From Macrostomum lignano (lineage: Eukaryota), in the NCBI GenBank assembly GCA_002269645.1, contig NIVC01002725.1, positions 82,374-146,373 of the forward strand: 64,000 bases of DNA, in the 5' to 3' direction. The translations under genes and the position numbers were made by a program. Under the pieces are notes generated by a model, which was given only the letters and a program-made list of their open reading frames with translations, searched no databases and was not told the DNA's origin. This document shows, piece by piece, positions 22,322 to 34,900 of this stretch. Positions within the stretch are counted from its first letter, which is position 1, and the number at the start of each line of letters is the position of its first letter.

Positions 22322-24684
22322 TCAACAAGCGCAACCAGATTGCTTCCCAGAGCCGACGTTTCTCTTGTTGCTGCGTTTAATTGGCAGCTGGCTTTTGTCT
22401 ACAGACTGTTCGATGCGCAGCATGACCAGATCCAGCAGCTTCTCAACAGCATCTGTCACCTTATAGCCAGTGGCGGCGCTGGTCTCCACGTACGGGATGC
22501 TGCGCAGGAATAGACAAGATATTGGTGCGTTTGTTATTGTGGTACATTGGAGTGGTTGGCCTACATTGGGGGTGGTTGTTTTATGTACATTGGGGTGGTT
22601 GGTCTATGTACATTGGGGTGAGTGGTTTTATGTACATTGGGGTGGTTGGTTTATGTACACTGGGGTGGTTGGTCTATATACATTGGGGTGGTTGGTCTAT
22701 GTACATTAGGGTGGTTGGTCTATGTAGATTAAGGGTGGTTGGTCTATGTACATTGGGGTGGCTGATCTTTGTAGATTAGGGAGGTTGGTCTATGTACATT
22801 GGGGTGGTTGGTCTTTGTAGATTAAGGAGGTTGTTCTATGTACATTGGGGTGGTTGGTCTATGTAGATTAGGGAGTTTGGTCTATGTACATTGGGGTGGT
22901 TGGTCTATGTAGATTAAGGGTGGTTGGTCTATGTACATTGGGGTGGTTTATCTTTGTAGATTAGGGAGGTTGGTCTATGTACATTGGGGTGGTTGGTCTA
23001 TGTAGATTAGGGAGGTTAGTCTATATACATTGGGGTGTTTGATCTTTGTAGATTAGGGTGGTTGGTCTATTTAGATTAATGGTGGTTGTACACTATGTAC
23101 ACTAGGGTTTTATCTATGTACATTATCGCCTATGCACATTAGGGTGCTGGTTTATGTACAGCGGACTGGGTGATTAACCATGATCAACTGAAACAAGCAT
23201 TAAATAGTTGGTTTTTGGCAGAGTTTAGGGCACTAAAAAGTTATAATAAAAATGACAATAATAGTAAACTCACTTCAACTCGTCGGCAAGTTTCTGGGCC
23301 TCCTCGCTACTGACAACTCGCTGGCTCTCTAAATCTCTCTTGTTGCCAACTAGGATGATGTCCGGTCGCTCGCAATAAGCATTAGTCTGGAGCAGGGTTA
23401 GCCAATTGCGAATGTCCATGAAGCTCTGATTTGAGGTCAAATCGAACACCAATAGAAAACCCATCGCGTCGCGAAAAAAAGCCGTGCTTAGAGATCTGAA
23501 TCGCTCTTGGCCGGCTGTGTCCCTGCGAATGGAAAATTATTTAAATGAAAAAATAAATTACGGTTATAATGAGACGCTAATGCTACTCAAAGTAATTGAT
23601 ATGGCTATTAACAAGCTAATAAAAGTTAATAAAATGAAGATAAATTAGTATAATTGCAGATAGAATGATCATGAACCAATCAGGGGAAAGTAAACCCCAA
23701 ACTCCTGCCCCGATATCTCCATTGACCAATCAGAGATCAGTAAACCCCGAACTCCTGCCCCGATTTATCCATTGACCAATCAGAGACTAGTAAACCCCAA
23801 ACTCCTGCCTTAATCTTTAAATTGACCAATCAGAGAGCAGCAAACCAAAAACCTTTTCCCCGATTTCTCCATTGATCAATCAGAGAGCAGTAAACCCCAG
23901 ACCCTTGTCCCGATCTCTCCATTGACCCATCAGAAAGCAGCCAACCCCAAACCCTTGCCCCGATCTCTCCATTGACCAATCAGAGAGCAGTAAACCCCAG
24001 ACCCTTGTCCCGATCTCTCCATTGACCCATCAGAAAGCAGCCAACCCCAAACCCTTGCCCCGATCTCTACATTGACCAATCAGAGAGCAGCAAACCCTAA
24101 ACCCTTGCCCTGATCTCTCCATTGACCAATCAGAGAGCAGCAAACCCTAAACCCTTGCCCTGATCTCTCCATTGACCAATCAGAGAGCAGCAAACCCTAA
24201 ACCCTTGCCCTGATATCTCCATTGACCAATCAGAGAGCAGCAAACCCTAAACCCTTGCCCTGATATCTCCATTGACCAATCAGAGACCAGCAAACTCCAA
24301 ACCCTTCCCCGATCTCTCCATTAACCAATCAGAGACTAGCAAACCTCCTATGAGCCTATACTATTTTAAAGTTATTTAAATATCAAAATAAATAAAAACA
24401 TAAAATCGATCTACTAACCAAAGCTGCAAATGCACTCGTTGAGACTCGCCAATAACACCATCGGACACTTGCGATCGGTGAATAACTCGCTTCTGTCGAA
24501 AGTCGATGCCAACTGTGCTGACAAATTTGGGATTGAAAGTGCCGTCAGTGTACTGATACAGCAGGGCGGTCTTGCCAACACCGGAATTTCCCAGAGCCAG
24601 CAGCTTCACCAGATAGTCATAGTCGTCAGCAAACTTGCCCTGACTTGAGTTAGTGTCAGCTTGTTGAATCATTGAATCCCCCAT
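22322..24684 (-). CDS. rab27: Rab27 small GTPase, 3 coding exons, 230 aa
   Basis: Exons 24684-24419, 23522-23274, 22499-22322 with matching phases. [29 protein letters not shown], a Rab27-type insert before [17 protein letters not shown][13 protein letters not shown], [18 protein letters not shown], and C-terminal CAC prenylation motif. Confidence 0.95.
22535..23150. repeat. 23-bp minisatellite, Rab27 intron 2
   Basis: TATGTACATTGGGGTGGTTGGTC units. Confidence 0.95.
23675..24345. repeat. 50-bp minisatellite, about 14 copies, each with a CCAAT-box-like motif, Rab27 intron 1
   Basis: Unit ATTGACCAATCAGAGAGCAGCAAACCCTAAACCCTTGCCCTGATCTCTCC. Confidence 0.96.
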
Positions 24685-24774
24685 TGCTATTGTAGTTTGA
24701 TAGTCACTGGCTGAGTCACATGCATTGAAGAAAATCAATACACAATAAAGAGCTATACAAGTATTAAAGACTAG

Positions 24775-25075
24775 TAGCCTACTGCATGACCATTCGATTA
24801 GCCTAATGACCATTTGATTAGCCTACTGTATGACAATTTGATTAGCCTACTAACCATTTGATTAGCCTACTGTATGACCATTTGATTAGCCTACTGTATG
24901 ACCATTTGATTAGCCTACTGTATGACCATTTGATTAGCCTACTGAATGACCATTTGATTAGCCTACTGTATGACCATTTGATTAGCCAACTGTATGACCA
25001 TTTGATTAGCCTACTGTATCACCATTTGACTAGCCTACTGTATGACCATTTGATTAGCCTACTGTATGAGCACCG
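24775..25075. repeat. 24-bp minisatellite between the orphan gene and Rab27
   Basis: CTACTGTATGACCATTTGATTAGC units. Confidence 0.95.
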
Positions 25076-25368
25076 GAGTAGCGTAGCCTAAACAAGCCAT
25101 ATTAGCCATGAGACAAAAAAGTAGTTTAGATAAGCAGATTCTGTACATAAACAGTTGGTCTAAATTTATTGCGTATAAATGCAAAAACTATTCACACTTC
25201 AATTTTCGATACGAATTCACAAAGCAATATAAAAAGAGCAGGCAAAGAAAGAGTGAACTCGCGTAAAAATGTTCAGCTTAACATGACTGACCAAGGAGGA
25301 ACTCGCAGGAAAAAATGCTAAAAAGTTAAAGCATGATAGCTACGATAAAAAATAAGCTGAATACAAAG

Positions 25369-28286
25369 TCAATTGCTGTGAACAGACGTCATGCTAACAT
25401 CAGCGCTAGCCGCCAAGTTTACATCCTCCACGGCTTTGTCGAGATTGGCATCTGCGGATTCCGGCTCGAACCCGATTGATTTAGCGGCATCGTCGTCGAA
25501 TATTTCTGCAGAGGATTCAAATTCTTGGACTCCATCAGGTGAGGACAGAGGTGCGCTAAAAATAGGGAAGAAGCATGTAAAAATTGTGCGGATGGGGGCT
25601 TGTACCAGGGTACATTTTTCTAGACGGAGGGAGGGTTCGGAAAGGGAAGAGTGTACATTGGGCTGAGAGGGGTTCGGAAAAGGAAGAGTGTACATTGGGC
25701 TGAGAGGGGTTCGGAAAGGGAAGAGTGTACATTGGTCTGAGAGGGGTTCGGAAAGGGAAGAGTGTACATTGGTCTGAGAGGGGTTCGGAAAGGGAAGAGT
25801 GTACATTGTGCTGAGGCGGGGGTTCGGAAAGGGAAGAGTGTACATTGTGCTGAGGCGAGGGTTCGGAAAGGGAAGAGTGTACATTGGGCTGGGAGAGGGG
25901 TTCGGAAAGGGAAGAGTGTACATTGTGCTGGAAAGAGAGGGCTTCAATGGGAAGGGCAGAGTGTACATTGTGCTGGGGAGGGAAGGTTTCGATAGGGGCA
26001 GAGTGTACATTGTGCTGGGGAGGGAGAGTTTCGATGGGGAGGGGCAGAGTGTACATTGTGCTGGGGAGGGAGAGTTTCGATGGGGAGGGGCAGAGTGTAC
26101 ATTGTGCTGGGGAGGGAGAGTTTCGATGGGGAGGGGCAGAGTGTACATTGTGCTGGGGAGGGAGGGTTTCGATGGGGAGGGGCAGAGTGTACATTGTGCT
26201 GGGGAGGGAGGGTTTCGATGGGGAGGGGCAGAGTGTACATTGTGCTGGGGAGGGAGGGTTTCGATGGGGAGGGGCAGAGTGTACATTGCGCTGGGAAGTT
26301 TGACAGAAAGCACATCAAGGCAAGAGATGAATGAAATGGTGGAATAGAGTGTACTTTCTATAGGAATGGTAGATCACAATAAGCTCATAAAAGGACGAAA
26401 ACAACTCACGACTGCAGCTCCTGGATAGACTCCATTGGCTTGTATTCAACTAACAAGCGTTGTAGCAGAGGTGGCGCCATTCGTTTTCGAGGACTTTGCG
26501 GATTCGGTGACACGTGAAGGTCAGTCAATCGAGGAGTCGTATCGAACGTTGTTATTTGAGTCTGGCATGTAGTAACGGAAACGCTAGTCAGGACTGACAA
26601 AGATGACAAGTTTTTGACAGCTGTAATGAATAAATTAATACAGGCGTTAGAGTCCAGCCTATTGATCTTAAAACTGTCAGTAGAAAAAAATTGCGCAAAC
26701 CACTTGCCGTTCAATTTCTCTGCTAGTCGCTTGCTTCTGATTATTTCAGGCGACGATGCTACAAGCGATAGGCGACGTCGCTTGGCCGCTGGTGAAGAGG
26801 AGCGAAAGATCGGCGACTGATTAGCTGGAGCGTCCCGCATTCGCCTGAATAATTTAGTTAATATTTGGTAATATGGGATGAAGTGTAAATCTAGCCAACA
26901 TCATATGGATTGCTAATCTAGCCAACATTATATGGATTGCTAATCTAGCTAACATCATATGGATTGCTAATCTAGACAACATCATATGGATTGCTAATCT
27001 AGCCAACATTATGTGGATTGCTAATCTAGCCAACATCATATGGATCGCTAATCTAGCCAACATCCTATGGATTGCTAATCTAGCCAACATCATATGGATT
27101 GCTAATCTAGCCAACATCATATGGATCGCTAATCTAGCCAACATCCTATGGATTGCTAATCTAGCCAACATCATATGGATTGCTAATCTAGCCAACATCA
27201 TATGGATCGCTAATCTAGCCAACATCCTATGGATTGCTAATCTAGCCAACATCATATGGATTGCTAATCTAGCCAACACCATATGGATTGCTAATCTAGC
27301 CAACATCATATGGATTGCTAATCTAGCCAACATTATGTGGATTGCTAATCTAGCCAACATCATATGGATTGCTAATCTAGCCAACATCATATGGATTGCT
27401 AATCTAGCCAACATTATGTGGATTGCTAATCTAGCCAACATTATGTGGATTGCTAATCTAGCCAACACCATATGGATTGCTAATCTAGCCAACATTATGT
27501 GGATTGCTAATCTAGCCAACATCATATGGATTGCTAATCTAGCCAACATCATATGGATTGCTAATCTAGACAACATCATATGGATTGCTAATCTAGCCAA
27601 CATTATGTGGATTGCTAATCTAGCCAACATCATATGGATTGCTAATCTAGCCAACATTATATGGATTGCTAATCTAGCCAACATCCTATGGATTGCAAAT
27701 TTAGCCAACATCATATGGATTGCTAATCTAGCCAACATCATATGGATTGCTAATCTAGCCAACATCATATGGATCGCTAATCTAGCCAACATCATATGGA
27801 TCGCTAATCTAGCCAACATCCTATGGATTGCTAATCTAGCCAACATCATATGGATTGCTAATCTAGCCAACATCATATGGATCGCTAATCTAGCCAACAT
27901 CCTATGGATTGCTAATCTAGCCAACATCATATGGATTGCTAATCTAGCCAACATCATATGGATCGCTAATCTAGCCAACATCCTATGGATTGCTAATCTA
28001 GCCAACATCATATGGATTGCTAATCTAGCCAACATCATATGGATCGCTAATCTAGCCAACATCCTATGGATTGCTAATCTAGCCAACATCATATGGATTG
28101 CTAATCTAGCCAACATCATATGGATCGCTAATCTAGCCAACATCCTATGGATTGCTAATCTAGCCAACATCATATGGATTGCTAATCTAGCCAACATCAT
28201 GTCATAGCTAATCCACAGCCGTATTACCTAAGAACCAGCCGATTGTTGTCAAGCTGCCAGTTATAAGTACAATCTTGCCCAGTCAT
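25369..28286 (-). CDS. Uncharacterised, largely disordered protein of about 226 aa with NLS-like KRRR and many SP/TP sites; 5' end uncertain
   Basis: Exons 28286-28228, 26844-26410 and 25555-25369 join in phase (681 nt): MTGQDCTYNWQLDNNRLVLR-RMRDAPANQSPIFRSSSPAAKRRRLSL...SPRKR...TSVHSN*. The two distal exons have good splice sites. The first exon is weaker and further upstream exons near 29.3-29.6 kb cannot be excluded. Confidence 0.6.
25600..26295. repeat. G-rich minisatellite (37-bp units grading into about 45-bp units)
   Basis: GGGTTCGGAAAGGGAAGAGTGTACATTGGGCTGAGAG changing to AGAGTGTACATTGTGCTGGGGAGGGAGGGTTTCGATGGGGAGGGGC. Confidence 0.95.
26885..28200. repeat. 27-bp minisatellite, about 49 copies
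   Basis: CTAATCTAGCCAACATCATATGGATTG units; source of the MMLARLAIH and IWIANLANI ORFs. Confidence 0.98.
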
Positions 28287-28734
28287 TAGCAGAGCAAGTC
28301 ATGCAGTTAGTCTTGTCACGTTTATTTGTCTGAAAAAAGTGTAAACTATTAGTAAGTAACTGTAACATACCAGTAAATAGTAATATGAAGCTAAATCGTG
28401 AAGACTTTAATTGTAAGCTCGGAACGCTAGCCTAGAAGCGCCATGTAAATGAGAACAATTTGCAATAAACAAAAATTAAACCAAGGGAACAGACAGAAAA
28501 TCAGGCTTAGAAAAATTCGCAAGTAAAATGAGACTTACACCGTGCGAAATAGCGAATAACTAATTAACTAACAGTAGAAGCACAGAAAGATCTGGCAAAC
28601 CCCGCTACCGGTAATGAGAAGCGATTGTATAAAGGTCAAGAGATCAACATGAGACCGCAATCTATTCACTGTATGAGCTTGCTTGAAGAGAGAAAACAAG
28701 AGATATGGACAGAATGGCAGACAGACACAAGTCA

Positions 28735-28760
28735 GACAGACAGACAGACAGACACAAGTC

Positions 28761-28793
<33 letters not shown>

Positions 28794-28799
28794 CAAGTC

Positions 28800-28832
<33 letters not shown>

Positions 28833-28875
28833 CTAAGACAGACAGGCAGACACTAAGACAGACAGGCAGACACTA
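28735..28875. repeat. (AGAC)n compound microsatellite
   Basis: Directly visible. Confidence 0.95.
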
Positions 28876-29639
28876 AGGGCGGAGAAAGAAACAGGCACAG
28901 ACGGGCAGCTACCAAAACTAGCTATAATAATAAGATTACAAACGGACAATGCAAATAAAATAAGAGTAAGTTGGCTTAGCTAATAAAGCAGCTTCTAAAG
29001 CCGATTTGAAGCAAATACTTTAGCAGTGTGGAATGCACAACTGTATTTCTTGTGCCAAAATTAATAAATATAATTTGCAACACATATTAATATGTAAATA
29101 TGTAATAATAATAATAATAATAAGCAAGTCTTAATAGCAGTCGCAATGCAAAACAAGTGTTAAACGTGCATAGAAACCGGTATGCACACACACGAAACAA
29201 ACAATGGCGTCGGTTTATCGGGAGGGGTGCTAATTTTTTTTTGACGCTTTAATCGTGACAACACAACGCCGGCTGGGTAAGTAAAGATCTGCAAATTTCA
29301 TTTCCTTTCAAACGAATAGTTTCACCTGGAATGCAACTGGAACGCAACAGTGTAACAGGAACAGAAGCAGCAATTAAGTTATAAAGAATCAGATTTATCA
29401 GACAGATGGGGCCTTGTAGTGTTTCTTTTCGCGAGCAACTGGAAATCAAGGCGGCAGACAGGATCGAGCAGCACCATTTCGACATTTATTTTCGTCGGGG
29501 GAGCCCTGAAATTAATGGCCTTGAAACATTTTTAGCTAGCGTACCCATAAAGCTTGCGCGACCTTGAAGACTTAATTTCAATTGGCTCGTTAAACTAACA
29601 CGCGCAGAGTGAATGCGCTGTGTTGCTATTTTTAGCTTA

Positions 29640-29745
29640 TTGGGTGGGAATCACCCCGCAGTTTCTTATATAAGGTCGAAACAGACAAACAAGTTGCTAT
29701 TGGTTCAAAGCAGTCACGTGACAACTTTTTCAACCAATAGTAGTG
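29640..29745 (-). promoter_or_regulatory. Candidate promoter of the orphan gene
   Basis: Cluster of CCAAT/ATTGG motifs (about 29699 and 29734), TTCAAA (CHR reverse complement) at 29704, palindromic GTCACGTGAC at 29713-29722 and TTATATAA at about 29664. Motif matches only. Confidence 0.4.
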
Positions 29746-30839
29746 TTCCACTAAAAAGGGAAATCAGATGAGAACGCTAGATTTTGTAAGATTTGACGAA
29801 TTCGAATACTATACAAGTGAATGATGAACATCGAGGCTACAAAACTTATCCGTTTAGTAGATCAACAAAAAGAGGAAAAAGCATTGCAACGGAACGGCAG
29901 TTAAACTGAAGTACAAACTACAGCATACACACATATATCAAGCACTAAACAGCCAGACTGCATAAATGTAACTTCAAACTAGAAATAATCGTAAACAGTA
30001 CAATCATTACAAACAGATATTAGATGGAAAATTACAAAGGCTATTAAAAAAGGGACATTGGACCCGAAAACGGAGAGTTAACGATTTACATTAAGGCAAC
30101 AATATCCACTCGTAGATACAATTGATATGCTCAATTTTTTGCTAATTATTAAAAAACCCGAACGCATCAGCGCTTGATTATTAATAAAAAATCGCTCGAT
30201 CAAAGACGCGACGTGCATTAAGTAATCAGCCAAATAATTTCAATAGGTAGTCAAATGCCTTTGTTAAACATTTTTATAATAGAAAAAAGACAATTTTTTA
30301 AAAGTGCACAAAACGCAAAATAAATAGATATGGCACCCAAAGTATTATTTTCAAAAAATAAGGAATGAACAAAGTTGAAGAATCAACCGCATGCTTATAA
30401 CAAAATAGACTTATCTTATTTCAACGAGAACTATTTCGGAAATAGACAGATAGACTTTCTAGGCTAATATAAAATTGCGATATGTACGAGTTTTATTATG
30501 ATTAGATAAAATGATTTGCTAAGCAAAATTGGCGTTGTTGATCAAAATAACCATTAAAGCTACAAAGATATTGAGGCTACTAAGGAACTGTTTTGCATAT
30601 AAGGTCAGAATTTATTGAGGCACAAGGCATGCACTAATTTGAATAGAATTGATTCACAATTCTCACATTTTTAACAGTTGTCACCGAGTAGAGCTTCACG
30701 ATATGCGCTTATTACAAACAGAAACTCATCATAGTTTGCGATGGCGATGTTGCACTCGTTATGAGATGGGTAATCCCAGGAGACTAAATATAGAATCAAA
30801 AGAATCCCAGAGTATCAGTATAAACCTCGGAATATTATA

Positions 30840-31600
30840 GAAAAGAACTTAAAAAAGGAATCATCAGAACTACAGAAGGAAATCCCCAGGAAACTACAGA
30901 AGGCAATCCCCAGGAAACTACAGAAGGGAATCCCCAGAAAACTACAGAAGGGAATTCCCAGAAAATTACAGAAGGAAATCCCCAGGAAACTACAGAAGGG
31001 AATACCCAGGAAACTACAGAAGGAAATCCCCTGGAAACTACAGAAGGGAATCCCCAGAAAACTACAGAAGGGAATTCCCAGAAAACTACAGAAGGCAATC
31101 CCCAGGAAACTACAGAAGGGAATCCCCAGAAAACTACAGAAGGGAATTCCCAGAAAACTACAGAAGGAAATCCCCAGGAAACTACAGAAGAGAATACCCA
31201 GGAAACTACAAAATGGAATCCCTAAGAAACTACAATAGCGAATACCCAGAAAACCACAGAAGGGAATCCCCAGAAAACTACAAAAGGGAATTCCCCGTAA
31301 ACTACAAAAGGGATCTCCCAAGAAACTACAAAAGGGATTACCTAAGAAGCTAATAAAAAAGGGATTACCTAAGAAGCTAATAAAAAAGGGATTACCTAAG
31401 AAGCTAATAAAAAAGGGATTACCTAAGAAGCTAATAAAAAAGGGATTACCTAAGAAGCTTAAAAAGGTATTACCCAAGAAACTAAAAAAGGGATTACCTA
31501 AGAAGCTTAAAAAGGTATTACCCAAGAAACTAAAAAAGGGATTCCCAGAAAACTTCCAAAGAGAGTCCCAAAGAAACTAAAGAAGGAAATCCCGTAGAAA
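30840..31600. repeat. 24-bp minisatellite grading into 27-bp units, downstream of the RhoGAP gene
   Basis: GAAACTACAGAAGGGAATCCCCAG units, then GAAGCTAATAAAAAAGGGATTACCTAA units. Confidence 0.94.
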
Positions 31601-31983
31601 AACAATAGAGAATCCTGCAAAGGTATGAAACTAAAAATAGTATCTATATAAACTATTAAAAGTGTAGCATAGAGACACCTATGCATAGACTGTTAAGCTA
31701 ACTACAATTGTAAAGCAAATAAAACTACACTAGTAGTATATCAATTCGCTACGAGGCGATACTTTATACATGAAAGGCCATAAATACATTCGCAAGTACG
31801 ATCAGAACACGGAATTTGCCAGCAAATATTAAAATTGATTTGTTATTAGCAAAGTCAGAATCAACCGAGGGCAAAGCAAATCGCTGGCTGTTGAGGCACA
31901 ATTGCGGAGGGCGTGTTAACTTTACAAAGCCACTTTACAAAATTATATAGTCTGCAGTATCCACAGGACAGACAGCCGCAGGG

Positions 31984-34900
31984 TTACACGGTGGCATCCG
32001 ACACCAGTCGACCAGCGCCGGCAGTCTTCCCAATATGTTGTCGGTGGTCCGAGTCGTCTACTAAATCGACATCGACATCGTCAGGCGAGGACGGCCTCGG
32101 ATCTGGCAGCCGGTCCGACGATTGACTATTACTAAGACGTCCCGAGTTCGAATCCAACAGATCGGCTTCCGCTTTGCGCAGTCGATCGTCCACGAGTTCT
32201 CGCTCATGCCGGAGATGTTCGAGATTGCTCTGCGATTCGCGGCTGAGTCGTTCGACAGTTAGGCTGAGCTGTTCGACGTCTTGAAGGAGACGGTCGTGTT
32301 GCTGCTGCTGCTGCTTGTCTGAAAGTTCCGGTTCGACTCCGTCTGTCAGGTCTGAAATGGAATATTGATATCAGCAAGGGATTTTGGCTTGAAATTTTAT
32401 TCAGCACACCTATAGACTCTCAATTGAGCACTCCCATAGACTCTCAATTGAGCACTCCCATAGATTCTCAATTGAGCACACCCATAGATTCTCAATTGAG
32501 CACTCCCATATACTCTCAATTGAGCACACCCATAGACTCTCAATTGAGCACACCCATAGACTCTCAATTGAGCACTTCCATAGATTCTCAATTGAGCACA
32601 CCTATAGACTCTCAATTGAGTACACCCAAAGACTCTCAATTGAGCACTCCCATAGACTCTCAACTGAGTACACCCAAAGACTCTCAACTGAGTACACCCA
32701 AAGACTCTCAATTGAGCACGCCCATAGACTTTCAATTGAGCACACCCATAGACTCTCAATTGAGCACACCCATAGACTCTTAATTGAGCACTCCCATAGA
32801 CTTTCAATTGAGTACACCCATAGACTCTCAATTGAGCACACCCATAGACTCTCAATTGAGCACACCCATAGATACTCAATTGAGCACACCCATAGACTCT
32901 CAATTGAGCACACCCATAGACTCTTAATTGAGCACTCCCATAGACTCTCAATTGAGTACACCCATAGACTCTCAATTGAGCACACCCATAGAATCTCAAT
33001 TGAGCACTCCCATAGATACTCAATTGAGCACTCCCATTAGATTGTAATTTAGTTCCCCTCACCCTTCTCAGCATCAGTCGCATCCGTAGCCTCATCCGTA
33101 GTCTCAGTCGCAGTCAGCTCTTCTCTCGACGTAGCCGCCGTTTCAGCCGATTCCGCAGCCAGGCGCCGATCAATCTCAGCGTCGATGTCTCTCTCGCGAT
33201 ACTGCGGCTGAGCTGCGGCAGCTCTAGATGGTGGTGAGCCATCATCGTCACCAGCAGCCGCTGCCACAGCCTTCGCCTCTGTCATCAATTCGTGCACAAC
33301 CTCCCTTACCCGACGTCGATCAGCCTCAGGATCGGGTGGTTGCTGCTGCTGAGGATTCGCTGTATCGGTATCGGTAGGATTAGCAGACGCTTCATCTTCA
33401 GCCTCCGACAGTTGAGGCACGCACTGATCGGCAATTTCCCAATCGGTGAAGAGCCAGTCTCTGAACTGTATAATAGACTTAGTGAGTTTAATGAGCAGAG
33501 CTGAATGCATCAGCATATTCTCTTGGGTGCGCTGGCCAAACAGAGACGGAGCGAACACCATGGCTAGGTTATAAAACTGCATACGATTGTAGGCGCTATA
33601 CTGGCTAACTAAACCAAGGTGATTAACCAGGTATTGCAAGGTAAGCCGGTGACACCTGTGCTGCGGATGGTCAGTGTGCTCTTCCATAACGCCTAAGAGT
33701 CTGTGCAGCTTCAACATTCGATTCCGGTGATCGGATAGTTTCTGTGTAACGATGAATTCGTTATAATAGATAGCCGGTATCAGAGGATCGGGCAGTTGCA
33801 ATAGGAACCGCTTGAGCACGCTAGCAACAACATTGTATTCAAGCCACAGTTCACAGTTGGGATTCAGATCTTGCACAGGCTTGGACAGTTCAGCTTCTAG
33901 AGCTTCGATATTGCGAGAATTGCCGCTAATCCTGTAGATCCCTTCGCGTCTGATTGCGCCGCACTCGATGACCCGGCAGCACAGTTGCACTATTAAGGGG
34001 ACACCGTTAGATCCCTTTGGGCAGCGGTGTAGCGGTAGGCCGAAACTGCCCGACGCTACCGCTGACACCGCGGGAGGCTCCGGTGATCGGGGCGGATTGT
34101 ACACCAGGTGCAACGGCTGCTGCTGCTGTTGCTGCTTGGCGTCTTTGGCTCGCCAGAGTCTGTCGCCGAAATTTTTAAACAATTTCAAGCCGCTCTGCTT
34201 TGGCGAATTGCCCGATGCATCGTCCAGACTGCCGGCGGTTGCCGCCGAGTGGAGCAGCATGAATTGCTGCTGCTGCTGCTGCTGCTGCTGCTGGGAGAGC
34301 TGGCGAACCTTGGGAAAATTGTGCAGCCTCTCCTAGAAGATGTTAAATGGTTACGAATAACTTATTAAGATGTTAAATGTTAAATGGACACGAATAACTT
34401 GGGATTCAACCGCTCTTAAGACCGCTACCCTCCCTGATCCTTCAGTGCATGCCGCTAGACTCCCTGATCCTTCAGTGCATGCCGCTAGACTCCCTGATCC
34501 TTCAGTACATGCGGCTACCCTCCCTGATCCTTCAGTGCATGCCGCTACCCTCCCTGATGCTTCAGTGCATGCCGCTACCCTCCCTGATGCTTCAGTGCAT
34601 GCCGCTACCCTCCCTGATGCTTCAGTGCATGCCGCTACCCTCCCTGATCCTTCAGTGCATGCCGCTAGACTCCCTGATCCTTCAGTGCATGCCGCTAGAC
34701 TGCCTGATCCTTCAGTACATGCCGCTAGACTCCCTGATCCTTCAGTGCATGCCGCTAGCCTCCCTGATCCTTCAGTACATGCGGCTAGACTCCCTGATCC
34801 TTCAGTGCATGCCGCTACCCTCCCTGATGCTTCAGTGCATGCCGCTACCCTCCCTGATGCTTCAGTGCATGCCGCTACCCTCCCTGATCCTTCAGTGCAT

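Noticed and set aside
24610-24630. Rab27 P-loop GNSGVGKT instead of the usual GDSGVGKT
   Set aside because: This is a variable P-loop position and all essential G-box residues are intact, so it is too minor to count as a finding.
26854-28207. MMLARLAIH and IWIANLANI repeat ORFs
   Set aside because: They come from a 27-bp satellite and show no coding evidence.
29249-29600. 78-aa ORF and alternative splice paths as first exons of the orphan gene, including a start supplied by a spliced-leader AUG
   Set aside because: Every path needs weak donors or a 39-nt intron, and none joined cleanly in phase to the downstream exons. Transcript data are required.
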